NCBI GenBank assembly: GCA_964019425.1
Contig: OZ025787.1
Span: forward strand, 1,426,001 to 1,490,000
Origin: Flectonema sp. DT1601
Taxonomy: Eukaryota
Direction of reading: 5' to 3'
Length of the DNA stretch: 64,000 bases
Part shown: piece after piece, positions 1 to 10,691 of the stretch
Layout: the number at the start of each line of letters is the position of its first letter
How positions within the stretch are numbered: position 1 is the first letter of the stretch
The notes under the pieces: model-generated
Seen by the model: only the letters and a program-made list of their open reading frames with translations
Databases searched by the model: none
What the model was told of the DNA's origin: nothing
Position numbers and translations under genes: made by a program

Positions 1-517
1 GCAAGACATGACGAATTATGGGAGATTTTCATGAGACAAAAAAGTAATCGTAGCTTTTGATTCTTGGATGACCCTGTGTTTCACTCCCCCATCGCAAGTC
101 GTATTCCCAACTTCAAACGTTTTTTTTTCAATTGTGTTTAATTTCTTTTTTTTTAACTCTTTTCGTCTTACGCAAGATGAGAAAACAATTTTCCGAGAGC
201 TTTGATTCTCCAAGAGGTCAACTCTATTTTCTTATTATACGTTTTGTGGTTTAATTAATAATAGCGTACCTCTCACTGAGGTGGTGCTGTTTCCAACTGT
301 CGTGATAGTGGATGAGTTTCTTCTACTAATTTTGTTCGTGTAGAAGTACTCAATAATACGTCACATTGCTTACTATGAATAATATTTATATAATGTTCGT
401 CATCATTCATATCTTTCATTCATTTTATCAGAAGGAAATGACCGATGGCTTCACTAAACTGTTTGACAAGTATTCAGTAGTACACTACCACTTTAATCAT
501 AGTCACACGACCATAAC

Positions 518-2686
518 ATGAGATCCCTTCCTTGGGTGCTGCTTGCAGCGACCCTCTGCAGTGCTGACAACACGATTTGCCCGAACTGGGAAACAGACCC
601 TGCCAGTTGCCTTAAGAAGTACAACGTAGTTTGGAATGACCTGCTTCCTGAACCTAGGGATACTTTCATAAATACAATGCCATTGGGTAATGGAAGACTA
701 ACAGCGAATGTGTACTCTAATGGAGAGGACTCTGTTAGTTTATTATTTGCAGCAAGTGATGCATGGAATGAAGGATCTGATTTGATAAAAGTTGGGACTG
801 TTACCGTTCAGTTCGAACCACAACCACCAAAGGGTCACTTCAAGCAGTACATTGACTTAGCCACGGCAACTGTGTTTGTGGAGATGGGAGACTTGCAAGT
901 GTCGATGTACATTGATGCGAATAGTAACACTACTGTTGTGGATTACAACAACACGAAGTACACTGCCAAGGCAACTGCCTCGTTGGCTCGTCCTCAAGCT
1001 CAGTCTGTCCAGGGTCAGTTTGAGTGTCAGGCATACAACATCAGTGCTGACGGTAGTGCTGAAAATGGAGCAGCTTTCTACCATCGGAATCAGGGATTCC
1101 CTGAACAAGATTACTTCAAGAACATGGTCGAGGAACAAAACCTCGGCCCCAAAGCCTACGCATCGATGCCTAACTTGTTAGTAAACAGAACTACTGGTGG
1201 GTACATTACTACTTCTGGTTCAATGACTCTCATTACGATATTAACAAAACAAACTAACACTGTAGAGGATTGGGTCTCTGCTGTCAAGGCTGAAGTCGTC
1301 ACTCCGAATCAAGAAGGTCACGTGAAGTGGTGGAATTCGTTTTGGCAGCGTTCGTACATTGAGGTTTCTGACTTTAATGTAACATCGAAGTACGTATTAC
1401 AGAGATTCCTGCAAGCATGCCAGGCCAGGTCTCCATTTCCCCTGAAATTTAATGGAATGTTGTTCACGGCGACACACAAGATGGATGTGCGTGGCTGGGG
1501 TGGTCGCAACTGGTGGCAGAACCTCCGTCTTCCGTACTACAACATGTTGTCAACTGGTGACACTGACATGTTGTTCACTCTGTTGGATGGTTTTCATAAA
1601 ACACTTCCTCTTGCTAAGGCAAGAACTGAACATTATTTCAACATCACTGGTGCTTACTGGCCGGAATACACTGATGCTCTATTTGGTACTACACACGCTC
1701 AGTCATACGGGTGTGGACGTGCTGGAAAGACTGACCCACCCTACTGGTACAACTCTGATCGTTGGAACCACTACAACGTTCAGGGAAGTTTGGATCTTTC
1801 CTTATTTGCGATTGATTACCTCACTCACACTGGTAAGTCTGGAGAGTACATGGACATCGTTGTTAATGTCTTGGAGTTCTTCGCTCAGTGGAGACCTGCT
1901 AGAGATGCTCAGGGTAAGATGATACTCTTCCCGACCCAATCATGTGAAACTTGGCAATGTCCTGGATTCCCACCAGACCCGAATAACTGCGCTACTAATG
2001 ACATGCCTACAATAGCTGGACTCTACTCTGTTGTGAACAATGTCTTGCTTACTTCATTCGGAACCCCACAGCAGAGGGCTTCTTGGAAGCAATTGTTGGA
2101 TATTATCCCTCCACTTCCAGTAAACAGCACGAACTTGTTGCCATGTGAGAAGTGTCCTCATAGAACCAGCAATGTAGAGAACACTGAATTGTATGCTGTT
2201 CATCCTTACAGATTGTTTACAGCAGGAAGGATGAAGCCGAGTGAGATGACGTTGGCATTCAACGCGATGGACGATCGCAGATTCCGTTCTGATGTTGGAT
2301 GGAACCAAAATGCCATGGACGCCGCACTCTTAGGACGTGCTAAGGATGCTCAGTCGATGGTAGTCGTACGTGCGAGTTACGGTCCTGCTCCTGGTTATCG
2401 CTTTCCTGCTTTCTTGCAGAAGCTTGAAAACTACGCTCCTGGAATAGATCATTTATCTGTTCACAACAATGCTGTGGTGTACATGTTATTACAACAGGAT
2501 GATTCAATTACACACAATGTAACTATTCTTCCTGCATGGCCATGTGACTGGGATGTAACTTTTAAACTCCACGCACCTCTACAGACGATAATCACTGGAT
2601 CTGTGACTAATGGAAAGGTTCAATACAAAGTTTCTCCTGACTCTAGGGCTCCATTTGTACACGCTGCTCCTTGTCAGCAGAAGTAA
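518..2686 (+). CDS. Secreted GH95-like/DUF5703-type glycoside hydrolase, copy 1 (722 aa)
   Basis: Signal peptide MRSLPWVLLAATLCSA; MPLGNGRL resembles the GH95 N-terminal LPxGNGRL motif; C-terminal ELYAVHPYRL, GWxQxAxxAALLG and ILPAWP..WDVTFKLHAP segments typical of this (alpha/alpha)6 family. Confidence 0.75.
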   Translation: MRSLPWVLLAATLCSADNTICPNWETDPASCLKKYNVVWNDLLPEPRDTFINTMPLGNGRLTANVYSNGEDSVSLLFAASDAWNEGSDLIKVGTVTVQFEPQPPKGHFKQYIDLATATVFVEMGDLQVSMYIDANSNTTVVDYNNTKYTAKATASLARPQAQSVQGQFECQAYNISADGSAENGAAFYHRNQGFPEQDYFKNMVEEQNLGPKAYASMPNLLVNRTTGGYITTSGSMTLITILTKQTNTVEDWVSAVKAEVVTPNQEGHVKWWNSFWQRSYIEVSDFNVTSKYVLQRFLQACQARSPFPLKFNGMLFTATHKMDVRGWGGRNWWQNLRLPYYNMLSTGDTDMLFTLLDGFHKTLPLAKARTEHYFNITGAYWPEYTDALFGTTHAQSYGCGRAGKTDPPYWYNSDRWNHYNVQGSLDLSLFAIDYLTHTGKSGEYMDIVVNVLEFFAQWRPARDAQGKMILFPTQSCETWQCPGFPPDPNNCATNDMPTIAGLYSVVNNVLLTSFGTPQQRASWKQLLDIIPPLPVNSTNLLPCEKCPHRTSNVENTELYAVHPYRLFTAGRMKPSEMTLAFNAMDDRRFRSDVGWNQNAMDAALLGRAKDAQSMVVVRASYGPAPGYRFPAFLQKLENYAPGIDHLSVHNNAVVYMLLQQDDSITHNVTILPAWPCDWDVTFKLHAPLQTIITGSVTNGKVQYKVSPDSRAPFVHAAPCQQK

Positions 2687-3246
2687 GGTAAAGTTGGTAT
2701 CAGTGAGCACTCAGCTGGGAAATCTCTAATTTGATTTGAATTTGAGGACAAGATAAGAAAAACATAATATTATTGTAAACTTTTGTTTCATTCCTTCGAA
2801 ACAATGAATCTGTAGGCATTAAAAGGAGAAAAAAATTACTTTTATACCTACATTTTAAACTCACTATCTCACACCAGTCCAACATTCGACATTTTTTAAA
2901 TTTTTTTTTTTTTGTTAAGCTTTTGGAGTTCTGCAGTGCTATGGTACTGTCTCCTAAAAAGCTTCACCTAAAAAATATTCTCACCTTGGGTTTCAAGTCC
3001 TGAATATTTAAACTCCACAAGTACGGATTGAAACATTCAATAGCATAGTATTCCCAACTGCAAAGGGTTCTTCGATAAAATATAATTTTGCTCTTTTCTT
3101 TTAGTGATTTAAGTGATTTTGTGAGCAACTCGTGTTATTTTTTGGTGTTCCTTACCCTGAGCAAGACATGACGAATTATGGGAGATTTTCATGAGACGAA
3201 AAAGCAATCGCAGCTTTTGATTCTTGGATGACCCTGTGTTTTACTC

Positions 3247-3354
3247 CCCTATCGCAAGTCTTATGCTGAATTATCTTTGTGTTTTTATGATACAATACCA
3301 GTTGTAATTTTTACAAAATCGAACATACATCCCCTTCATTCCCTATCGCAAGTC
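3247..3354. mobile_element. 80-bp insertion (3261-3340) flanked by a 14-bp direct repeat CCCTATCGCAAGTC
   Basis: Repeat at 3247-3260 and 3341-3354; the homologous spacer at ~87-100 has one copy and no insert; the insert matches a dispersed repeat at ~3698-3787 and ~40279-40372. Confidence 0.65.
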
Positions 3355-3963
3355 GTATTCCCAACTTCAAACGTTTATTTTCCGATTTTTTTAAAAAGAA
3401 TTTTAAAACTAGTTTCGTCTTGCGCAAGATGTGCAAGAATTCCAACTCGTGCTCAGCTACTGAGAAAACAATTTCCCGAGAGCTTTGAATTCTCCAAGAA
3501 ATCAACTCTATTTTTGTGGTTAATTACCTCTCACTGAGGTAGTTCTGTTTCCTACTGTCGTGATAGTGGATGAGTTTCTTCTTCTAATTTTGTTCGTGTA
3601 GAAGTACTCAATAATACGTCACATAAACATTGCTTACGTTGTTTGTTAGATCCTTTCGTATCGTAATAAATCCCTCCTGTTTCTAATCACCCTTAGGCAC
3701 TGTATCTAAAACTAATGCTAAATTATCTTTATGTTTTATGATACAACACAGTTGGTCATTTTTACAAAGTCGAACATACATCCCCCCGTATCCAATTCCC
3801 CCCGTTACGTGTTAGTCGCTGTGTCATGAGTTTTTAATTTCATTATTTAGCTTTGATACAATACGGAGATTTATATTCATATAAACCTAATCAAACAGTT
3901 TACCCAACGTTGCGTGTTAACCTTGGTTTATTTTTCCAACCTCCAGTTTCTACCTAGCTCCGC

Positions 3964-4373
3964 ATCCTGTGAACACCTAACCCAATCCGAGCCCACCCTG
4001 TCCAAAAAATTCAAATCCGGTACTGGCACCCCTGGCGGCCCACCAGTTTTAAGATAATGTGGTAGAAGTCCACCTACCTGAAGGCATTCAAAGATGATGT
4101 GTGAATTTAGTTTTTTTATCCTCTCATGCTATGAGTGTCTTCATCCCTTTGAACTTAAATTTTTTTCTTTTGTTTCGTATGTTTTTCAGGTTGCAGCTTC
4201 TTAGTCAGCTCCTAACACGTTTTGTTTTCCTTTTCTTATCCACACAAGTGACCTCTATGGTTAGAAAAAATGAAATTTTGAAACTGGTGGGTGCCTCAGT
4301 ACCGGAATTGGGGTTTTTAGATAGTATTTTCGTGGGGTTGTGGGCTCTGATTGGTGCTGGGTGACCACAGGAT
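3964..4373. mobile_element. MITE-like element with imperfect ~85-90 bp terminal inverted repeats
   Basis: 3964-4049 (atcctgtg..ccaatccgagcccac..tccggtactg..cccaccagttt) is the reverse complement of 4281-4373; absent upstream of copy 1. Confidence 0.65.
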
Positions 4374-4534
4374 AGCCTGGCTGGGGTTTCTGCATGTCTT
4401 CTTATTATAATGTTCTTCATCATTCATATCTTTCATTCATTTTATCAGAAGGAAATGACCGATGGCTTCACTAAACTGTTTGACAAGTATTCAGTAGTAC
4501 ACTACCACTTTAATCATAGTCACACGCCCATAAC

Positions 4535-6703
4535 ATGAGATCCCTTCCTTGGGTGCTGCTTGCAGCGACCCTCTGCAGTGCTGACAACACGATTTGCCCG
4601 AACTGGGAAACAGACCCTGCCAGTTGCCTTAAGAAGTACAACGTAGTTTGGAATGACCTGCTTCCTGAACCTAGGGATACTTTCATAAATACAATGCCAT
4701 TGGGTAATGGAAGACTAACAGCGAATGTGTACTCTAATGGAGAGGACTCTGTTAGTTTATTATTTGCAGCAAGTGATGCATGGAATGAAGGATCTGATTT
4801 GATAAAAGTTGGGACTGTTACCGTTCAGTTCGAACCACAACCACCAAAGGGTCACTTCAAGCAGTACATTGACTTAGCCACGGCAACTGTGTTCGTGGAG
4901 ATGGGAGACTTGCAAGTGTCGATGTACATTGATGCGAACAGTAACACTACTGTTGTGGATTACAACAACACGAAGTACACTGCCAAGGCAACTGCCTCGT
5001 TGGCTCGTCCTCAAGCTCAGTCTGTCCAGGGTCAGTTTGAGTGTCAGGCATACAACATCAGTGCTGACGGTAGTGCTGAAAATGGAGCAGCTTTCTACCA
5101 TCGGAATCAGGGATTCCCTGAACAAGATTACTTCAAGAACATGGTCGAGGAACAAAACCTCGGCCCCAAAGCCTACGCATCGATGCCTAACTTGTTGGTA
5201 AACAGAACTACTGGTGGGTACATTACTACTTCTGGTTCAATGACTCTCATTACGATATTAACAAAACAAACTAACACTGTAGAGGATTGGGTCTCTGCTG
5301 TCAAGGCTGAAGTCGTCACTCCGAATCAAGAAAGTCACGTGAAGTGGTGGAACTCGTTTTGGCAGCGTTCGTACATTGAGGTTTCTGACTTTAACGTAAC
5401 ATCGAAGTACGTATTACAGAGATTCCTGCAAGCATGCCAGGCCAGGTCTCCATTTCCTATGAAATTTAATGGAATGTTGTTCACGGCGACACACGACATG
5501 GATGTGCGTTTCTGGGGTGGTCGCAACTGGTGGCAGAACCTCCGTCTTCCGTACTACAACATGTTGTCAACTGGTGACACTGACATGTTGTTCACTCTGT
5601 TGGATAGTTTTCATAAAACACTTCCTCTTGCTAAGGCAAGAACTGAACATTATTTCAACATCACTGGTGCGTACTGGCCGGAATACACTGATGCTCTATT
5701 TGGTACTACACACGCTCAGTCATACGGGTGTGGTCGTGCTGGAAAGACTGACCCACCCTACTGGTACAACACTGATCGTTGGAACCACTACAACGTTCAG
5801 GGAAGTTTGGATCTTTCCTTATTTGCGATTGATTACCTCACTCACACTGGTAAGTCTGGAGAGTACATGGACATCGTTGTTAATGTCTTGGAGTTCTTCG
5901 CTCAGTGGAGACCTGCTAGAGATGCTCAGGGTAAGATGCTCTTCTATCCAGCTCAAGCATGTGAAACTTGGCAATGTCCTGGATTCCCACCAGACCCGAA
6001 TAACTGCGCTACTAACGACATGCCTACAATAGCTGGACTCTACTCTGTTGTGAACAATGTCTTGCTTACTTCATTCGGAACCCCACAGCAGAGGGCTTCT
6101 TGGAAGCAATTGTTGGATATTATCCCTCCACTTCCAGTAAACAGCACGAACTTGTTGCCATGTGAGAAGTGTCCTCCGACTACCAGCAATACAGAGAATC
6201 CTGAACTGTATGCTGTTCATCCTTACAGATTGTTTACAGCAGGAAGGATGAAGCCGAGTGAGATGACGTTGGCACTCAACGCTTTAGACGATCGCATATT
6301 CCGTGCTGATGTTGGATGGGAACAAACTGCTATGAACGCTGCACTCTTAGGACGTGCTAAGGAAGCTCAGTCGATGGTAGTCGCACGTGCGAGTTACGGT
6401 CCTGCTCCTGGTTATCGCTTTCCGGGTTTCATGCCGAGAGTTATGTCCTACGCTCCTAGTTTAGATCATTTATCTGTTCACAACAATGCTGTGGTGTACA
6501 TGTTATTACAACAAGATGACTCAATTACACACAATGTAACTATTCTTCCTGCATGGCCATGTGACTGGGATGTAACTTTTAAACTCCACGCACCTCTACA
6601 GACGATAATCACTGGATCTGTGACTAATGGAAAGGTTCAATACAAAGTTTCTCCTGAGTCTAGGGCTCCATTTGTACACGCTGCTCCTTGTCAGCAGAAG
6701 TAA
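4535..6703 (+). CDS. Secreted GH95-like/DUF5703-type glycoside hydrolase, copy 2 (722 aa)
   Basis: Colinear paralog of 518..2686 at offset 4017; 34 aa differences counted by eye. Confidence 0.75.
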   Translation: MRSLPWVLLAATLCSADNTICPNWETDPASCLKKYNVVWNDLLPEPRDTFINTMPLGNGRLTANVYSNGEDSVSLLFAASDAWNEGSDLIKVGTVTVQFEPQPPKGHFKQYIDLATATVFVEMGDLQVSMYIDANSNTTVVDYNNTKYTAKATASLARPQAQSVQGQFECQAYNISADGSAENGAAFYHRNQGFPEQDYFKNMVEEQNLGPKAYASMPNLLVNRTTGGYITTSGSMTLITILTKQTNTVEDWVSAVKAEVVTPNQESHVKWWNSFWQRSYIEVSDFNVTSKYVLQRFLQACQARSPFPMKFNGMLFTATHDMDVRFWGGRNWWQNLRLPYYNMLSTGDTDMLFTLLDSFHKTLPLAKARTEHYFNITGAYWPEYTDALFGTTHAQSYGCGRAGKTDPPYWYNTDRWNHYNVQGSLDLSLFAIDYLTHTGKSGEYMDIVVNVLEFFAQWRPARDAQGKMLFYPAQACETWQCPGFPPDPNNCATNDMPTIAGLYSVVNNVLLTSFGTPQQRASWKQLLDIIPPLPVNSTNLLPCEKCPPTTSNTENPELYAVHPYRLFTAGRMKPSEMTLALNALDDRIFRADVGWEQTAMNAALLGRAKEAQSMVVARASYGPAPGYRFPGFMPRVMSYAPSLDHLSVHNNAVVYMLLQQDDSITHNVTILPAWPCDWDVTFKLHAPLQTIITGSVTNGKVQYKVSPESRAPFVHAAPCQQK

Positions 6704-7204
6704 GGTAAAGTTAGTAGCAGCTTATTGTTTGTGAAAAGTACGCAAACTTAAATTATTATTTCACAACCTCCCCTCTTGTTAGATTAGCACCGTGTAATCA
6801 ATTCTTGCTCCGCAGATTACTACTTTTGTGCTAAACACCGATTCCTTATTTTTATTGTTTTTATTACCAACGTATTCAGGTTGTTTCGATTTTTTATTCG
6901 TTCGATCTGTTCCCTTCCTAATATTACTATTCCTGAGCTCTACTGCTGAGGTCTCCCTGAGATTGCTTCTCCAAGAGGTCAACTCTATTTTCTTATTATA
7001 CGTTTTGTGGTTTAATTAATAATAGCGTACCTCTCACTGAGGTGGTGCTGTTTCCAACTGTCGTGTGATGGTGTATGAGTTTCTTCTACTAATTAATTAT
7101 GCAGGAAGGATGGCTCTATATTATACTTGTTATCTGTGAGTAGTCTTTGAGGGTATAAATTCTTATTCTTTCAGCCCTTTAGCTCATCACCACTACCCAC
7201 TTCA

Positions 7205-7642
7205 ATGTCTGACAACATGATTGACGAGACTGTCGCTGAGGTCGAGCAGGAGGACCCACAGATTGAGGACGAGGACGCAGAGCCAGAGGATCTTCTTGCT
7301 GCCCTTCAGCAAGTGTTGAAGAGAGCTAGATTCCACAAGGGTCTTGCCAGAGGTCTTCACGAGACTGTTAAGGTTCTTGACAAGAAGGTTGCTCACCTTT
7401 GTGTCCTTGCTGAGGACTGTGACGAAGCTGCCTACACCGCCTTGATCGAAGCTCTCTGTGACGAACATCAGATCCACTTGATCAAGGTTCCAGAGAAGAA
7501 GAAGTTGGGAGAATGGGTTGGACTTGCAAAGTTCGACACCAACTCGAACATCAAGAAGGTCATCGGAGCCTCATGTGTTGCCATCACTGAGTACGGTGAG
7601 AAGAGTAAGGCACTCGACATGATCCTTGCTCACTTTGCATAA
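7205..7642 (+). CDS. RPS12: 40S ribosomal protein S12 (eS12)
   Basis: GLARGLHE..K.LDK..AHLCVLAEDCDE..Y..LIEALC.EH.I.LIKV..KKKLGEWVGL; strongly biased codon usage. Confidence 0.97.
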   Translation: MSDNMIDETVAEVEQEDPQIEDEDAEPEDLLAALQQVLKRARFHKGLARGLHETVKVLDKKVAHLCVLAEDCDEAAYTALIEALCDEHQIHLIKVPEKKKLGEWVGLAKFDTNSNIKKVIGASCVAITEYGEKSKALDMILAHFA

Positions 7643-7689
7643 ATATTTAGCTTTTAAAAAAAAGGGTTAAAAGTGAATTAGTTATCAAC

Positions 7690-7721
<32 letters not shown>

Positions 7722-7900
7722 AAAGCAATGTCAGCAAAAGGGCAATTGTTTCGATGCTTTTGGCCCCTCCTTTGTATTATTTTTGATGAGTAGTTTCTAA
7801 CAGGTACAAAGATGATGTAAATGTGTACCTTTTAATCGAATGTCCCGTTTGTAGTAATTCCATCATCAGTTTAAACTATTTCAGGTAATCCAATTCAAGT

Positions 7901-9268
7901 ATGTCATCAGAAGCAATGCAACCCTCGACTGGGAGGATTTCTTACTTCGTTGGTAATCCCAAGAATGTTGTTCATCGAGGAGTTCTTAGAGCTTGCGCCT
8001 TATCAGACTACATCTGTATTGAAAACATTCCTAAGTTTATTACACCAACTGAATTCTTAGGTCATGTTTGTACCTTTTTAAAAGATATTCTATCGATGAG
8101 AATTCTTGGATGTCCTGCGAACACAGCTCAGTATTTTATTTTGTTAAAAATGAGAGATGCCGAAGCAGCGGCAGATCTTCGCAGACAGAACAACGGAAAA
8201 CCTCTAAATGCGTTAGGAAATGAAGTTTTATTCATTCATTGTATTGAAGAAGACAGCATCGTTGTTGAAGACGAAGGTTGTGAACCAGTTCCATTAGAGA
8301 GACTACATTCAAGTAACGAAGATAAGTGTCCGATCTGCCTTGAAGAATATGTAAACAACTCTTCAGGAGGAAATCCTCAAAATGGAAACAGTTCAGTTGT
8401 TGTTGAACAGTTGGAACGACTTCCTTCAAGTCCGAGATCCTTTACTCTTGAAATTAATGAGGAATTTTATCAAACGAATTGTAATGCAACATGGACTACT
8501 ATGTGTGGACACACAGCTCATTTACAATGTCTACGGCAGTGGGACCACACAATGGGTTGTCATGTTTGTCGATTTAACCCTCAAGATTTGGGTATGGAAT
8601 GTTCATTCCCAGGTTGTCATGAACTTGATCCTCTCTGGATGTGTTTAATCTGCGGTTCTTTAGGTTGTGGTAGGTATCAAAAAGCACACGCAGAATATCA
8701 CTACAACAACACCAGTCACACTTATTGTCTTCATGTGTATAACGGTACTGTCTGGGACTACGCAGGTGATGGTTTCGTCCACAGACTAGTCGCTGATAGA
8801 AGTGATAAAATATTAGAAATGCCTTCTGGTAATGTTGAAGCTCAAGTAGCTGCTCTCACAGATGCCTATTCTCAACTACTAGAAGAGCAATTGGACACTC
8901 AGCGTAAACATTTCGATAAACAAATTGAGTACGAACAAGCTCGTCATAATGACCACACTTCTAAAATAGCCCAACGAAGGGAGCAACTGGAATCAGATAT
9001 AGCAGCGGGGAAGTGGGATAGCAATCAAATATCAAAAGAAACAGTTAGACTAAAACGAAAGTTATCTGAGCAAAAACTACAGTTGGAAAACTTGAATGAG
9101 GAATTAGAAGTTGAAGAGAGACTTAAAAAGCAAATGGAAGAAGGCCTTCCAAAGTACGAAGAGAAATGTCAAACAATGTCAGAACCAACTCCTGCATATC
9201 GAGAAAAGGAAAAACATCTCACAAAATTACAGTCCAGAGTTGACGAGTTAATGAAGCAACTCGAATAG
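7901..9268 (+). CDS. BRAP: BRAP2/ETP1-like E3 ligase (BRAP2 domain, RING with insertion, zf-UBP, coiled coil)
   Basis: CPICLE...CGHTAHLQC...CHVCRF RING; LWMCLICGSLGCGRYQKAHA..H...H...VWDYAGDGFVHRL zf-UBP signature. Confidence 0.9.
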   Translation: MSSEAMQPSTGRISYFVGNPKNVVHRGVLRACALSDYICIENIPKFITPTEFLGHVCTFLKDILSMRILGCPANTAQYFILLKMRDAEAAADLRRQNNGKPLNALGNEVLFIHCIEEDSIVVEDEGCEPVPLERLHSSNEDKCPICLEEYVNNSSGGNPQNGNSSVVVEQLERLPSSPRSFTLEINEEFYQTNCNATWTTMCGHTAHLQCLRQWDHTMGCHVCRFNPQDLGMECSFPGCHELDPLWMCLICGSLGCGRYQKAHAEYHYNNTSHTYCLHVYNGTVWDYAGDGFVHRLVADRSDKILEMPSGNVEAQVAALTDAYSQLLEEQLDTQRKHFDKQIEYEQARHNDHTSKIAQRREQLESDIAAGKWDSNQISKETVRLKRKLSEQKLQLENLNEELEVEERLKKQMEEGLPKYEEKCQTMSEPTPAYREKEKHLTKLQSRVDELMKQLE

Positions 9269-9515
9269 CAAATTTTATTGCGATATATTTTTATTTCTGG
9301 TATCAGTCTTCTGGCCCACTTGCTAACTCCTGCCGGAGGAGGTATTTATATATTTGTTGGATACGCATCGTAACAATTCTCAGTCAAATAATTCTTTTTC
9401 AAAGGAACAAATAATTATTAACAATCAACAGAAGCTATCACCAGATTCCCAAAAGATTAAAACTCAATTCTACTATTTCACAGAAAAGTCGATTAAAAGA
9501 AGAAGATTCTTATGA

Positions 9516-10598
9516 ATGTCACGATGGAAAGGACTACAACCACTAACATCTCTTCGCAGTGATCATGAAGCTTCTAATTGGATTGTTAAGCGTCACAGAC
9601 TTAACTCAACTTCACGAGCAAGATTATTTGATGAAGTTAAAAACGACTTAAACAACTTAGAAAAACAAGGAGTAGCTGGAGAGAAGGTTTACTGCGCAGT
9701 TGCGAAATTATATGGCAAATTAGGCCTCACGGTGAGAGCAATAGCTGTAAAGGATAAAATGATATCATTGGGTCATAAACCTACAATTGATATTTATATA
9801 GCAACCTTAACTGCTTGTGCGACTAGGGGTGAATTACTTCTTTTTAACCAGCTTTGGAAGCGGCTTTTGGAAAGTGGCATACCTTGGAAAGAACCAGAAA
9901 TAATACACCAAGTGATGGTTGTCTTCTTAAAAGTTGGGGCACCTCTTACGAAGACGAGACCCTTGTTTTATAGTCTCTGTGCTGTCGCTCCTCCTAATAA
10001 GTTTCTTGTGAGGGATTTTTTAGGTTCTTTTGACAACTACACTGATGCTGAGACAGAGGTAGAGTCTTTACACTTTAAAAAAGTAATTCAAAAAAATAGA
10101 ATATCGAAAACAACAATACGAAGAGGGTTACTAAGAGCCTGTGCCAATGGAAAGGACTCAGACAAAGCCGTTATGATATTCTCTCAAATGACGAAAATAG
10201 AAAAAAGTGATTGGGATTACGAAGCTTTCATAATGTCACAAAGTGACTATTTGATCGCAGTAAGGACACTTCAATATATGAAAGTTATGAAGATAAGATC
10301 TACTCCTCCATCCTATAGGTATTCTATAACTTTATGCACAACTTTAAATGAAGTAAAATTCGTCTTCGATGCTGCTGAAGCTGCTGGTTGTGTAAACTCA
10401 ACTGTCGTTGCTGAACTGCTTCAATTCTACATCAACCAAAATGAGATGAAATTAGCCCTTTACTTAGCACATCACAAGATTGAACACCTCAAAAAAGATG
10501 TAAAAGGAAGAGAGCTGCTTGCTCAACTTAAAATTCCAATATTTCACCCGACGGTGTCAACACTTGGGAATGACACTAGGAGTAATTTCATTGTTTGA
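9516..10598 (+). CDS. Pentatricopeptide-repeat-like protein, possibly mitochondrial
   Basis: VYCAVAKLYGKLGLTVRAIAVKDKMISLGHKPTIDIYIATLTACATRG fits the 35-aa PPR pattern; basic N-terminus. Confidence 0.65.
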   Translation: MSRWKGLQPLTSLRSDHEASNWIVKRHRLNSTSRARLFDEVKNDLNNLEKQGVAGEKVYCAVAKLYGKLGLTVRAIAVKDKMISLGHKPTIDIYIATLTACATRGELLLFNQLWKRLLESGIPWKEPEIIHQVMVVFLKVGAPLTKTRPLFYSLCAVAPPNKFLVRDFLGSFDNYTDAETEVESLHFKKVIQKNRISKTTIRRGLLRACANGKDSDKAVMIFSQMTKIEKSDWDYEAFIMSQSDYLIAVRTLQYMKVMKIRSTPPSYRYSITLCTTLNEVKFVFDAAEAAGCVNSTVVAELLQFYINQNEMKLALYLAHHKIEHLKKDVKGRELLAQLKIPIFHPTVSTLGNDTRSNFIV

Positions 10599-10691
10599 TA
10601 GAAAATGTCAGATGCGGAGTTGTTTTTTTTAATTGCCATAACAAGACATACCAATGAAATAGTCTCTTTTACACAGTTAACAATATAAGAA

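Larger units (their letters stand above)
389..6720 (+). repeat. Tandem segmental duplication: ~389-2703 repeated at ~4406-6720; upstream spacer 1-~375 repeated with insertions at 3161-~3640
   Basis: Direct comparison; gcaagacatgacgaattatgggag occurs at 1 and 3161. Confidence 0.95.

Noticed and set aside
857..6032. Overlapping and antisense ORFs inside the hydrolase genes and other CDSs
   Set aside because: Shadow frames of real genes; duplicated only because the gene is duplicated
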